A stretch of 64,000 nucleotides of DNA, taken from positions 496,001-560,000 of the forward strand of contig JADEYG010000004.1 in assembly GCA_016906335.1 (NCBI GenBank). Direction: 5' to 3'. A program made the position numbers and the translations under genes. This DNA is from Novakomyces olei (lineage: Eukaryota). The notes under the pieces are model-generated. The model was not told where the DNA came from, made no database searches, and worked only from the letters and a program-made list of their open reading frames with translations. Numbering within the stretch: the first letter of the stretch is position 1; the number at the start of each line of letters is the position of its first letter. Positions 10,994 to 24,100 of the stretch are shown one piece after another.

Positions 10994-12955
10994 CTAGTAC
11001 TTTAGGGGTACACGGCGGCGGTAGACACCAGCAGTGGTAGCGTTCTGGTAGCTGCTGGATGTTGGCATGGCAGTAGAGGGACCAGTAGTACTCGTCAGCG
11101 GGTTCGTGCCGGCCAACACAGCCAGCAGCTCAATGTGGATGCTGGTGGTAGTGAGAGCACCATCAAGCGTGTCTGCCACGCTGAGAGTAAAATCGGTAGA
11201 GAAGAACAGGTACCCGGCAAAAGTAACAGTGCCGTTATTTGGCGCCCAAGGCGTAAAAGTAACGGCCGCCTGGCGACGAGACGGGCGATTGCCGGCAGAG
11301 GAAACGTACGACGGCGTACCAGTCGCACCGTAAGCATTGCCAGCGCTGTCAATGAGGTAACCGTTTGTAAAGTAAAAGACGGTAGGCGTAGAGCTGCCGT
11401 ACTCTACAAAGTTGAGCTGGCCATTGCCGCCACCAACTACTTCGTTCTCTGTGCCGTCAATGTAGGCAATGAGGTTGTACGGGACACCAGTAGTGCCGGC
11501 GCCAGCGCCAGTACCAGTCGTCGAGGCAGCGCCAGTAGTGGCAGCGCCAGTAGTAGCTCCAGTGGCTCCAGCAGTGCCAGTCGTGGTGCCAGTGGCAGTG
11601 CCAGTGGCTCCAGCAGTGCCAGTGGCTCCAGTAGAAGCGCCAGGTACTCCAGTAGAGGAGCCAGACATTCCAGTAGAAGCACCAGTGGCTCCAGTAGAAG
11701 CACCAGTGGCTCCAGTAGAAGCTCCAGACATTCCAGTAGAAGCTCCAGTAGAAGCTCCAGTAGAAGCTCCAGTAGAAGCACCAGACATTCCAGTAGAAGC
11801 TCCAGTAGAAGCACCAGACATTCCGGTAGAAGCAGCAGACATTCCAGTGGAGGCACCAGTAGAAGCAGCGGCACCAGACGGGCTGACGGTAACGAGGTCG
11901 GTAACAGTAGCGAAATCGGTGACGGTGGTAGTAACGGTGGTGGTAACAGGAACACCAGAGATGGTCGTGGTAATAGGAACGGTGACGGTAACGATAGTAT
12001 TGCCGTTAGAGTCAGTCTCAGAGTTGGAGCTGGAGCTGTCTGAACCTGAGCTGGAGCCAAAGTTCCAGCTGCTGCTCCAGGAGAGACTCGTAGAAAAGGT
12101 GCGGTAGACAGTACGGGTGACCATGTACGTCGTCTCGTCAATGTACGTGATCGCTCCGGGCTCAGTGATGGTGGTAGTGAACGTCTTGTCCGTGTATCCG
12201 CCCGCGGTGGAGACATCGACCGTCTTTGTCACCGTTTTGGTGATCGTCTCTGGTACTTCAGCCATAACTGGGATCGTTACCGTCGTTACAATCTTTGTAA
12301 TTGTCTGTACACTGCTCTCGCTGCTGCTGCTGTACTCGCTGCTGCTGTACTCTGAGCTGCCGCCAGAGCTGCTGCTGCTGCCAGAAGAGCTGCCTGAGCT
12401 GCTGCTGCCAGACATGCCAGGATCAGAGGGAGCGCTAGTAGGAGAGCCGGCAACGGTGAGTGTGACGGTCTCATAATAAGTAACGGTAGAAGCAGTGGGC
12501 ACAACTGCGCCGGCAGTAGTGGCATAGCCGTCAACGACAGAAGTGTGTGTCCGTACAATAGTCGTCTCGTACGTCTCCTCTGACGAACCAGACTCGGAGC
12601 TCGATCCCGAGCTCGATCCCGAGACCTCTGTGCCGGAGCTCGATCCCGACTCGGAACTCGATCCCGACTCGGAGCCAGAGCCGCTCTCCGAGCTGCTCGG
12701 GTCAGAGGCAGAGCCCGTGCTCTCGGGGTAGATTGTGACGGTGGTCGGGTAGAGCGTGATCGTAGTGGCAAAGCCGCCAGCGCCGGTTGAGACATACGTC
12801 GACGCTACAGTCGACACGTTTGTGTACATTCCTCCTGTCGAGTTTGAGGCATTGCTCGCGTCCCGGCGGACAATGTACTTGGCCGGGTGTGCCGCGGCAG
12901 CGGAGGCCGCCGGCGCCAGAAGCGCTGCTACAGCAGCAATAAAGGCAGTCTTCAT
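10994..12955 (-). CDS. Secreted Ser/Thr/Gly-rich cell-surface glycoprotein with internal tandem repeats
   Basis: Signal peptide MKTAFIAAVAALLAPAASA; dibasic RR after the propeptide; SSES and GAST(G/M) repeats; T/V-rich beta segments; globular C-terminal domain. Confidence 0.85.
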   Translation of the reverse strand: MKTAFIAAVAALLAPAASAAAAHPAKYIVRRDASNASNSTGGMYTNVSTVASTYVSTGAGGFATTITLYPTTVTIYPESTGSASDPSSSESGSGSESGSSSESGSSSGTEVSGSSSGSSSESGSSEETYETTIVRTHTSVVDGYATTAGAVVPTASTVTYYETVTLTVAGSPTSAPSDPGMSGSSSSGSSSGSSSSSGGSSEYSSSEYSSSSESSVQTITKIVTTVTIPVMAEVPETITKTVTKTVDVSTAGGYTDKTFTTTITEPGAITYIDETTYMVTRTVYRTFSTSLSWSSSWNFGSSSGSDSSSSNSETDSNGNTIVTVTVPITTTISGVPVTTTVTTTVTDFATVTDLVTVSPSGAAASTGASTGMSAASTGMSGASTGASTGMSGASTGASTGASTGASTGMSGASTGATGASTGATGASTGMSGSSTGVPGASTGATGTAGATGTATGTTTGTAGATGATTGAATTGAASTTGTGAGAGTTGVPYNLIAYIDGTENEVVGGGNGQLNFVEYGSSTPTVFYFTNGYLIDSAGNAYGATGTPSYVSSAGNRPSRRQAAVTFTPWAPNNGTVTFAGYLFFSTDFTLSVADTLDGALTTTSIHIELLAVLAGTNPLTSTTGPSTAMPTSSSYQNATTAGVYRRRVPLKY

Positions 12956-15900
12956 AACGAATGTGGGTCAGCGAATGTGGGTCAGCGAATGTGAGGGATC
13001 AGTAATGATCAAGAGAGGACGCAAGAATTGCTGCTGCCAGAGTGCCGATGAAAATTAACGTAAGTGGTGTTTACGAAAAGTTTACTGCCACAGACGGCGC
13101 CAGCTGGCTTTTATAGGAGCATATACGCTGTGGCACAATGTAGCCGATGAATGCTGCACCACTCGCGATCGGGGACAGAGGGGTGCGCGCGCTGTGACAA
13201 CAGCACGGGCCCTGTCTTGAGTGGGCGGGAATGTACCAAAAGCGGGTGTTTAGGGCGTATATTATATAATACGTGATATTAGTGTTACCTAATTGGGACG
13301 CGTCGACAGGAGGCTGGTAGCTAGCCTCCTGAGCCTAGCGCAGGAGACTCTGCCGGCGACTGTGGCTAACGCGCGTCGATAATTCAATACTGGGGGTCAG
13401 TGCACGTCGTGGATGAGCACGCTTGCCATGCCTTTCAACGGCACTGATCCCAGGCAAGTTTTGTGTTTGGCCGTGGCCGATGGATGGGAACTCGAGTACT
13501 CGAATGAACATTAATCTCCCGATGTTCCCGAAATGGGTTAGTACGATCGTTTCGCGCTAAGCTCTATTTTGTCCGCCACTAGCTTATTTGGGTTAGTACA
13601 AACCCACCAACGATGAATAGTACCCAATCAGAGATTCTTCCGACGAAAGTCCTTACCTGTTTGGGACAATAGCGCTCTATGGGCCTTTGCACTATATGCG
13701 CTTATAAATACTGCGACGCCTTTCCGATTCCCAAATTGTACTATAGAGCATGGAAAAACAGTCATAGTGGTCCAGCACGGTTTACAGTGCCCATTGGATT
13801 TTGCGCTTATTTGCAAATAAGCAGGGTTCAGGTTGAACGGCGAGGATGCGCGTGCGTTTCGCTATAGAGTTATGCTTAGACCCTTTTAAACATTTATTCT
13901 CATTAAAATAAAGCTTGGAATATAATCTTGTGAGGGCTATTTCGGTGTGCGCAGGTACATATTTTGTTATTTTAAGCGAATTTGCGTTTGCACCTGGACC
14001 TGCGACAGAGGAGCGTGTGCTTCTCATTGAGCAGATCCGGAAGAGTTAGGGCAATAGTGGCGTTTGATGTGCCATCTACCCACCACATTGAGCGCTTGAA
14101 TTGTAGAATCCATGGACATATAAAAACAATAAGATAAGCGACCAAACCTCTTCGTGGAACATCTGGAATAATCATCACATCAGGTTCTCGCCTTATCAGT
14201 GATCTCAAGCGCAGAAGGAATAGATCAACAATGTGAACAGCACTTCATTTTTTAAGGCGTTTGTTTACAATTTCTAATATTCTTTTGTTTACCTTCTATT
14301 TTAAGAACTCGGTCTGTACATCTATTTTTCACGGCACCCCATTCTTTGGGACTCCCACGTACCATTAGAAAACCCTGACCCAACGACTGGCAAAATTACT
14401 TGTTTCAGAACGCGGGCCGCATATACGGTATTGTCGCTCCTGATTGGCCCTCTTACTTTTGTGCCTGACTTTTGTCTCTATTATTGCGCACAAATTGGCG
14501 CGCCGCGACTCCTGCATGTATACCCTTGGCAACTATTATTGGCTGTAATGACTCTCGTTTAGAACTGGGCCCAATTCGGCGGAGAGTTAATTTCAATACT
14601 GTACCGAATTGGGCCCGGACAGCAATCTTCCATTTGTTTGCCTTTTGTAATTCTCGCCATTGTCTATGCCTGGAAGAAGGTGAGTCTTGTTTAGGGGTCT
14701 TATTATTTGCTGAAAATGAATTATCGCCTCCTCCATTTTGTCTAGTTGCCGTGTAAAGTATTTCAGAATAATACGCATTTTACATATGTTTATGATTCTA
14801 ATTTACAAAAATATACCAGAGAACGGCTCATAAAATTACTTGATTACTAATTTTACCAATTTATGCGTCGCGTCGCGTCACATGTTGTGTATCTTTTCCC
14901 GAGTTGAGGTTATTTCTCCTCCTTAATTCAGGCACAATCAATCACATGTACAATCCTTCCTGTTACATGTTCGTACGCGCAAAACACGTGTATGTAAACG
15001 TGTAAAATGCCATTCACGTGGACGCGCTACGCGGGCTGCTCCTGAATAATGGCAATGTCGTGTTGGGATGCGTTTGGAGGCTTGTAGAGATCAGCTTGTT
15101 TACGCGCGATTTTCGCGTGATACACGCTCCTGAGTGGCGGGCCATCGCTGATCAATCATAGAGTTTGTCATTTTTCTAAAACATTCTATGCACGTTGTAA
15201 ACGCATGCCACGTTGTCTGATCACGAACCTTTTTTGCCTCCTGATTTTTTATGGAATGGCGCCCGAATCTTGAAATGATTCACGTACTGTATAAAGGGCT
15301 TAAACCCTTCTTTTTTCAGCAATTATAATTTCTTGTCCTACGTCTTAGCCGCCTCCGAAACGCTGCAGTCCAGGGACGTACATTTACGCATGGAAAAGGC
15401 GTATTGAATTTCGAAGAGTCTTGCCAATGTGAAGCGTCAATATGCTAGACACAAACATGAATAAAAAGTTTGTTTGAGCGCTATTTCTTTTCATTTGTCC
15501 GTATAAAGCCAGCCATTTTGCCACCAAACTAATGCCATGCAATGTGGCGAATACGGCAAGCTAGCATATTGCTTTTCGCTTTTGTTTTGATTCTGCGTTC
15601 TGCTATAATGTAATTATTTGCCGGGCGCTGAAAAGTGTAAAGGATATATTTCTATCTGAATATTGGGCATTTAGAGCTTTTACCGTGTTATTTTGAGCTG
15701 CTGGGGCAAGATTAAAAGGTAGCACCATAGAATCCAAAGGCTCCGTACGGATGTCTCACTGGCAAATTTATTTCAGCGGGACGCTAACGTCCATACTGCC
15801 GTTGATTTAATTGGTCGCAGCATTACTAGTGTAATTTTATTATTTTAGCGTCCATATAATTGCGCCAAGCTTTATATGTCGATTAATTTATATTGCATTT

Positions 15901-16416
15901 TAAGCGGTCACTAGGTGTGGTCACTAGGTGTTCAGAGGAAGCAAGTATCTCGTAAGAAAAATTCGAAAATTTAAAAGAAGGTCCACGGGCCCCGTTTATC
16001 GGCCGGCTCGTAAGTTAGAATGAGTATTAGTAAATTAAGCAGGCAAACGCGCCAAAGTTCCTCAGCTCTGTTTGTACACGCATTGAATGGCAAAATATCG
16101 CGATGGGTAATATAAGTTATCCAATTGGTGAATCATTATACCCGTTTTCTCGGCAATTCCTTCATTTACCATGGATAACCAATACATGAACCTGCTGAAA
16201 ATCCAAACAGATATTCTCCTTCTCATAAACCATATGTCACATTGGCTTTATATTATATCACGCAGAGGAGTGGGGGCGCACTAGAATCTAGTTTTTTCTT
16301 ATTTTCATTTTTAATAATTATACTGACTATAATATTATGTTCATGGTCATCATATAAACATAAATTAAGCATACTTTTACGCGGCCGATAAACTAGATTT
16401 GACGATACCTATAGCA

Positions 16417-18015
16417 CTAGTCTCGTAACCGAGCGTATCCACGATAAAGCGCCAGGGCGCCCCGTCCACATACATTTCCTGCATCCTGGGCATCCATCTC
16501 CAAAGCCGTAAGAGCGTCTCTCATCGTAATTTCATTAGGAGTCTCCTGAATGTATGGCAGGCCGGATTCGGTTTTTTCCTCGAGTCCACCACTCGAGTCT
16601 TCTGCCTCTTTTGTAATTCCAGTATTGCTAGCACGAGCGCTTGCACGTTTGGATTTTTGTAAGCCAAATCCTCCACCAACAGCAGGAGCAGTCGCTGTAT
16701 CATTACTGAGCCAAGAATAAGATCTCGAGCCTCCCACAGCCAATCTCGCTGTTTGATTTGTAAGTCTCTTTTGTGCGTCCTCACTTATATTTCGAGCTGA
16801 AGCAGTTGCGCCAATAACTCCATCACGACGACCGCTTTTCTTTTTCGAAGGGTCATCCTCAGAATTCTCCGTCTGAGCGGCTTCACGGGCTTCTGCAGCC
16901 AATTTCCGCTCTTGATGAAGAGTCTGGAAAACCCTGTCCTCGGCTTTTTCACGCTCGGCGATAGCGGCCAGCTTTTCCCTCACGTTATCTACCATTATTG
17001 CGTTTTGGGGGGGCCTTGCAGTTCGGTGTTTGCTTAATGTTACCATAACAGCCATTAATTGCAGCAGCCTTTCTTGCACCGAAAGGCCCAAAAGGCCTTC
17101 AACCTGCCGGTCCCAGCGCTGCAAATTTTCCGCTTCTATCACTTTACGTATTACCGACTCCAGGACTGGCGGATTTACCAGTGAGCTTTTCTTCGCGCGG
17201 TCTTCAAACGCGATGCCTGGACCAGCTGCTCCTTCAGGGCCTCTCAAATAAGTCTGAGCAATATTGAACTCTTCTTCCTGCAAGTTGACTCCGGCTGAGG
17301 CTAAAGCATCTTGAAGCTGTGACGTATCTTGACCCCGATCGTCCCTTTGTGTCGTAAGTATAAAAGTGATATCGAAAAGAAAAATGTTGCTTAAAATTCC
17401 AGTGCTTACCTTTGTCCCATAGAAGAGCCACTTTGTTGCATTTGAAGCTGCCGTGAAGTAATAGAAGGTGAAACAACTAAACGTCAGGAAAATTCTCTCC
17501 ATAATATGGCCAATGCATAGTGCTGGTAGATTGAAGTTGTAATGATTTGAATAGCTTTTCTCTAGAAAATAACGAGATGTTTTGTAGAAGAATAAAACAA
17601 TGGAAATTCCTTTGCGCAGTCTTTACTGCGAGCCAAGTTTAATTTCGTCAGAGTATTCAAGCACAGTTGGGTTTTCAAGGTTTTTAAACCCAAAAACTCC
17701 AGCTCATAGCATTTAAAAATGAATTCAAGAGGAAAAGAAAAGGCAGCAAGAACGATTCAAAGGCACTAATAAAAACAAAATTTGAAACTCGCAATAAAAC
17801 TGTCTATAGCTTACATTGAGAGAACGAAGTAGTACCCGTGTTTGAGGGTCCCGGAGTCCCTGGCACACTTCCAGATGATGTAGCCGTCCGTGCTCTTTTG
17901 AAAGCGGCCGCCTGTTCATCGTCGCTTATTATTTAGCCCCTTTGTTGCACCACTGCACTTACTCATTGAAACGCTTTTGCGACCCCAAAAGGGCGTCTCC
18001 TGGCTTAGGCGGCAT
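16417..18015 (-). CDS. TAF4: TFIID subunit TAF4 (3 introns)
   Basis: LQDALASAGVNLQEEE, histone fold, TNQTARLAVGG..YSWL, ITMRDALTALE; upstream exons joined from ATG 18015. Confidence 0.9.
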
Positions 18016-18132
18016 ACGTGAAAAGTTTGAAGATTGACCCCTGCAAATTTTCTACCACATAAACGGAATAAAAAGTTCAGTTGCGACCCTGGAAAATTGT
18101 GCTCTAGTCGCGCGCCATGGGGTACAAGATCT

Positions 18133-18267
18133 CGAGTCTAGTGCTGATGAAAAGGCGCGCTAACAACAGGGAACAAGCTCGTGCCTTTAACCACTGTGAT
18201 GGAAAGACGCAGTCACTGTTCAAGCACTGTTATCCTGGTACTGCGCTCTGATCTTTGGCCAGACTCG
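18133..18267 (+). ncRNA. Candidate structured ncRNA, box C/D-like
   Basis: Terminal stem CGAGTCT/AGACTCG; TGATGA at 18145-18150; CTGA at 18248-18251; two internal hairpins with plus-strand G-U pairs. Confidence 0.35.
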
Positions 18268-18718
18268 TGGAGAAAGTTACGACCGCAAAAGGCCGACGTC
18301 AATTGTCTTGTCTTGAAATTGATCTGTATATATACTGTGAATGTATAGTATAATACTATAAGTATAATACTGTATGTATAATACTTTACAATACTGTTAT
18401 ATACGGTACGGTATACCAAGCATACCAAGCTTAGCTTTGGACCTAGAAGTGATTTAATGTGGAGGTATTATTACGTTACAATCCGGTCAGCTACACGTTA
18501 TAATATGGCTAAAACAAAGCAAAACGCTCTATTGACAGCAAGGATACTTGAAAAATGCGTCAAGTTTTTATGTCATTCGTTGGTACGTACGTATGTATGT
18601 ATACACATTATCGATAATAGTTCAGCGCTATAAGATTTACACTAAAAATTTACTCGTTAGCTGCCTGCATCCTATATTTGTTTATGTACACTTGCTCAGC
18701 AGGCAAAAGAGCTGCAAT

Positions 18719-19888
18719 ATGGTACAAATGGAGAATCGGCGGAGGTCGCACGACGATGATGTGGAAGAAGCACCGGCGGCAAAGTTGCGTCGGCGTCAAT
18801 TAGAGCAAGATATTTCGGCTCTTAATGCAGAGTGTATATTCGCCATCCTGGTTTTGGTTTCCTTTTACTCTCGAATGTTTGGTGCCTTTTTGCTAACAGA
18901 TACAGACGAGGCCTGTAAGCGGCGGAATGAGGAACTGCGGCAGACGTTCCAGTCGACTGAAAGTACCGGCACTGACCGGAAAAAGGCACAATACAGCTTT
19001 GATGAAACACTATCTTGCTTATCAGAAAATGCGAGCTTCACCGGGGCAAGCTTGGAACAGACTCGTTTGGAGTTGGAGGAGAAGGTACATCGGCTTTACG
19101 GTATCACGCTGTTTGAGCCCGAACTGCCTGACCAAATGGTGGAAAAGTATACAGTCAAAGATGGCCGTGCTGTTTCAGTGCCACATGTTCCCGTTGTTGG
19201 CGTGCGCATAGAAACGTTTTTTAATGGTAGGTTCTTTTCCCTGTGGGCTTTTTGCTAATACAAAGGCCGGTTTGGTCCTCCGCATTATTTAGTTTTACGT
19301 ATACCCAAACTGTCACCGCCACAGTTTGTCATTTATCAGCATACTATACCCACTTTTATACCCGTACAAGGCATTGCCAACGAGTGCCTGAACACTGATT
19401 TTGAGGTAGTATTTTCATTGCGAAAATGTGCATAATACGAGCCATGAATACTAACGAAATCTAGGCGTTTTGCCGTATATTACGACGGCATGTAAATGCT
19501 TATCACGCTAGACGCACGGATATCGAAACGTGTGAGCAAATCATCAACGTTATGGAGCTCAAGGCTGACGAGTCTGCTGAATTTATCGAGCTTTTATGCA
19601 ACTATCAAGGGTATGTACTACTCCTTTTTATTGTTTTTGTCATCGCTTTCTAGTGCTTTATTTATATGTTTGCTTGTTTTTTTATTCACAGTTCTAAGTC
19701 TTACTTATGTCTCTAGACAAACCATTCGTGTGTATATCCAGTACAAGGACCTTTGCATGCACAACGTGTTAGTCGTGGAAGAGGCCACGGGGGCTCGGAA
19801 CCGCGTGCTAGAACAAAAGTTGCGACGAGAATCTTCTGCGGGCGGACTACTGTCTCAGAGTTTGTCAGCAGCCGTAGCATCTTCATGA
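18719..19888 (+). CDS. Inner kinetochore subunit CENP-O/Mcm21/Mal2 (4 introns)
   Basis: N-terminal coiled coil, then RLYGITLF..VGVRIETF..GRFGPPHYLVL..IYQHTIPTFIP, typical of the CENP-O RWD region. Confidence 0.8.
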
Positions 19889-20593
19889 ACTTGCACTTTT
19901 TATATGACGTTGGTTTTTTCGTAGAGTCGATTTATCGCAATATGGCATTTTTGCCGTAAGCATTGTTTGGCATTGGATTTCTGGTGACTACCGAATGTTA
20001 GTTGGGCCTATTATAGCTTTTCATAATTTAGTCAGACGGAGAACCTACCCCTTTACGAATATATATATGTTTCAGATATTATCGGCCCTCCATAGACTCG
20101 TTTTCAAAAAGAAGGTACTGCTGATCATATATGCAAAACCCATACATAGTTGGCTAAAGTCTCGTGCTCGCCGTATGGGCCTTATAGTAACCATATTTGT
20201 GCAGACGCCAGACAATTTCATAGCGTCAATCCTGGGTTTTGTACTCCTACGAATCTATTTGTCTAAATTAATGCAATTTGAAAATGTATACCGCACAGAA
20301 GTGATTTGATTTGGGAACAAGGCAAGCGTTAACGTCTCTTATACCGCCATACACAAATTTAATGTTTGCCAGTGAAATTAATCGTTACAAGATAAAGATA
20401 TATATATTTTGTTTATACAAAATACGTTTACTCTAAATGCTACATTTCCAGGGATATTTACCTGATTGCGACGGCCTAGGGTTGCTTTAGCACTTAGTAG
20501 AAAATGTATATACTTTTTGTTTCAGCTCCATTGTCGTAATTGCCTAGTTGCCTGTGTATGCTCACTCATGACACCTCTGAAGACATTTTCTGC

Positions 20594-20855
<262 letters not shown>

Positions 20856-21103
20856 TGTATTTGTATATTTTTATGAAATATAGGCCTGCAGGCTCACTTT
20901 AATTAAGCTAAGCTACGTGTACTCTCAATGCCTTATATTCTTATACTTTACATGCCATAAACTAATAAATTCGATTATACATGAAACTGCATCGTGCGCT
21001 TAGTGTTAGAAAGCAGACGCAATCCGACACTTAATCCAGACATACTGTACCCTGCACCGAACTGCTAATTTCTGTACGCGTGAAAGGAGGCCTCGTGCCA
21101 CGT

Positions 21104-24100
21104 ATGGTACCGCCTACAGAATCATCTGGTAAAGAACCCAGTACTGTACGCAGTTTTGTCTTCTAACATGCAAAGATCCTGTGGAGCCACATTTCGAAAA
21201 GGTACAATCACAAAATGGAGAAGCCGAACCGGACGCCGAGTCACGCGTGCCTTCGAGCACAGAAAATGGTGCCAGCGAGTCTCGAGTCAGCAGTGAAGCA
21301 GTAAAAAACGAACAGGAAACCGTTGAGAAACCCGTCGAGGAACATGTCGAGGAAACCGTAAAGGAATGCATACATTTAGATAAATGTTGCAATTTACGAA
21401 GAATCGAACGGGCCGCGAGAACGCTGGTGAACCCGCGCCGGCGGAAATGTTCGGTAAGGCCGTTTATTTAAATAATTAATTGTTGTTTTGTGTGTCTTGG
21501 CTCTGCTTTTGAAGCAGATTTCATGTGTGGTTTACGTGCATATGACTCAGTTTGCGCCTGAATTATCACCGAAAATAAATATATTGGCCTCAACCAGTAC
21601 TTTCAATTGTTTTTCTGCTGAATTCCGGGCGACGAATACCCAATTTTTACTGACATTAACAGTCTTGCAACTCGGCTTTCAGTAAAGCATCCGACGAGCC
21701 TGTGACGCTATGGATGTGTCTGCACTGTGGAGGCCTTTTTTGCGGACGGTACGACAAGCAGCATGCGCTTACACACTATCAATCAGTCCTTGGCTCGCTG
21801 CACTGTATCATGCTGAACATTGAATCATTAAGTGCCTGGTGCTATGGCTGCGATATGGTCGTCGAACCCGGGGTTCATCGAAATGCGAAAATAAAATCGT
21901 CGAGGGATATTATCGCCCAGAATATATTCCCTGAAAACTCGGATGATAAAGCGGCCAAGGGCATTGGAGCCGTAGTGAAAAGCAGCCGACCTTGGCGTCC
22001 CGATTTTGAATCTACAACACCGGGACTCTCTAATTTGGGCAACACCTGCTACTTCAATTCCACCATACAGAATCTGGTAGTCGTACGGCTCTTGCACGAT
22101 GCAATACTTCCGGCTAAACACTATTTACCGAAACTGCCGCCTTTTTTACTGGAACCAGACTATACAAACAAGCCTTTGAGTGCTTGCTTTATACGGGCCA
22201 TGAAACAGATTTTCAGCAATACCACAGTGGGCAGTTCTATTAATCCTAAAAGCTTGTTTTCAGAACTGCGTCGGCAGCATCCTCAGTTTACAACATCTCA
22301 GCAAATGGACGCCCATGAGCTAATGCGTGTTCTTATGGGAAGTATGAGACTGGAGGAACTAGGCCAGGTCGAGGAGTCTGGACAGGGCGATGAGCAGGAT
22401 GGTGAGAAGCCTCATAGACTGCACCGCAGACGATTGTCACGGAGACATACAGTAGCACGTGAGGATGCCTTCTTTTCTGAGGGCCTCGTGTTTGATGAGC
22501 CCTTACCGGAGCAAAAAATAGTATGGGATTTTATATTTGGAGGGTCTTTGGCCAGTGTTGTCGTATGCGATACATGCAAGAGTATAACTACGGTTAGGGA
22601 AACTTATATGGACATTTCTCTGCCCATTTTCCAGCCTCATGTTCCCGCGCAGAAACGTAAACGGGACAGGATTAAAAGTGCATTTTCTCTGGGAACAGAC
22701 TCCTCTCAGCAACAGCAACACAAGAGCGGTCAGCAATCTGGCTCGGAAGCAGAACCCGTGAGACAGTCAAGACCTCATCGATCCAGCCACCAAAGTGTTC
22801 AAGAGTTGCGTAAATTAAATGATGAAATTCTATCCGAATCAGAGGCTGCAATGACGGATACAAACGTTGCTGGATCAGAGGGACCTTCGTCTGTGATTGC
22901 TTCAGGTATGGAGTCTAGTGCCGAAGAGGCAGAGGCAGAATCAACAGAGGCAGAGACTTTAGACGAAAGGGAAAAAGCTGAAGAAAGTAGGAAAAAGCAA
23001 CACGGCAGTTTAAGCGGTATTAGCGGGTTCGCTGAAGCCCGTAGAAAACTAGAGAAATTGGGACTCGGTGGCCTTAGCAGATCGCATAGTCTGTCCTCGT
23101 CTCCGAATGATATTGCTTCTCCCACCAACTCAGGTAAAGGCTTGTCACCGGCGGCCAAAGAGCCCTCGATTTCTACGCCAGAAGAAAAGCTGGATTATAT
23201 CGATAAACTGCTAGATTTACGCTACAAACGGAATCCGTCGTCCAGTGTAATTACGCTGGAAGATTGCTTGTTTGCTTTTACAAACACAGAAGTGCTGGAC
23301 GGTAGTAATGCGTTTGCGTGTGAGCACTGTGCAAAGCTGATAAATGCTGTGGCAGACAAGGAGAGGGAAAAGGAACAAGAAAATGGAAAAGAACAAGAAA
23401 AAGAGGCAACAATGAAAGGAGAAGGACAAGAAGGAGACAGGCAAGAAGAGACAGGGACTGTTGCCGATCCTTCCTCACTATCGAAAGATTCTCTGCCAAT
23501 CTCTTCACAGATCTCTCGGCAGGAATCTCACATCTCCCTGAGGCTCCAGGAGTCAGCAGCCTCAAGGAGCGGATACAGCGAGTCTGGCGAGGAGGCCTCC
23601 TTTATGAGCGACTCTGGAGTGGAGGAGGAAGGCGGGGACGCTCAGAGTTCTGCCGCCAATAGTAAAAGAAGGCCGTCTTCCGCATTCTCTGGAGCGAGCA
23701 CGACCAGCAACATCTCCCGGCATAATCGTCTGGCACGTAAATTGCGGATTCCGTGGATGACTAGTGTAGAGGCTGGAGAGAAAAGAGACGGAGGAGAGAA
23801 GGAGAATGAAAGGGATCTGGATCCTGAGCCGCAGCAAAAGCAAAATAAACGGCCAGAGTACGTTTACCGGCGGGCTTTTAAACGCTATTTCTTACACGAA
23901 CCAATACCGCACACATTGACTCTGCATTTGAAACGGTTTCAACACTTGAAGAATACCGGCACATTGAGAAAGATTGAGACGCTTGTTAAATTTGGTGAAC
24001 TATTGGACCTGACGCCTTTTATCGAGCCGGCTTACGCTGCACAGCTGAAGGATCAGGGCAAGTGCCCCGTAATGTTCCGGCTAGTTGGCGTTGTGGTACA

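Noticed and set aside
11067-12795. Long overlapping ORFs (11135-12043, 11469-12107, 11437-12216, 12286-12795) over the Ser/Thr-rich gene
   Set aside because: Shadow frames kept open by repetitive, biased codons of the real minus-strand gene.
14541-14552. GGCTGTAATG resembling the 5' end of fungal SRP RNA
   Set aside because: No SRP S-domain helix or Pol III B-box recognisable downstream.
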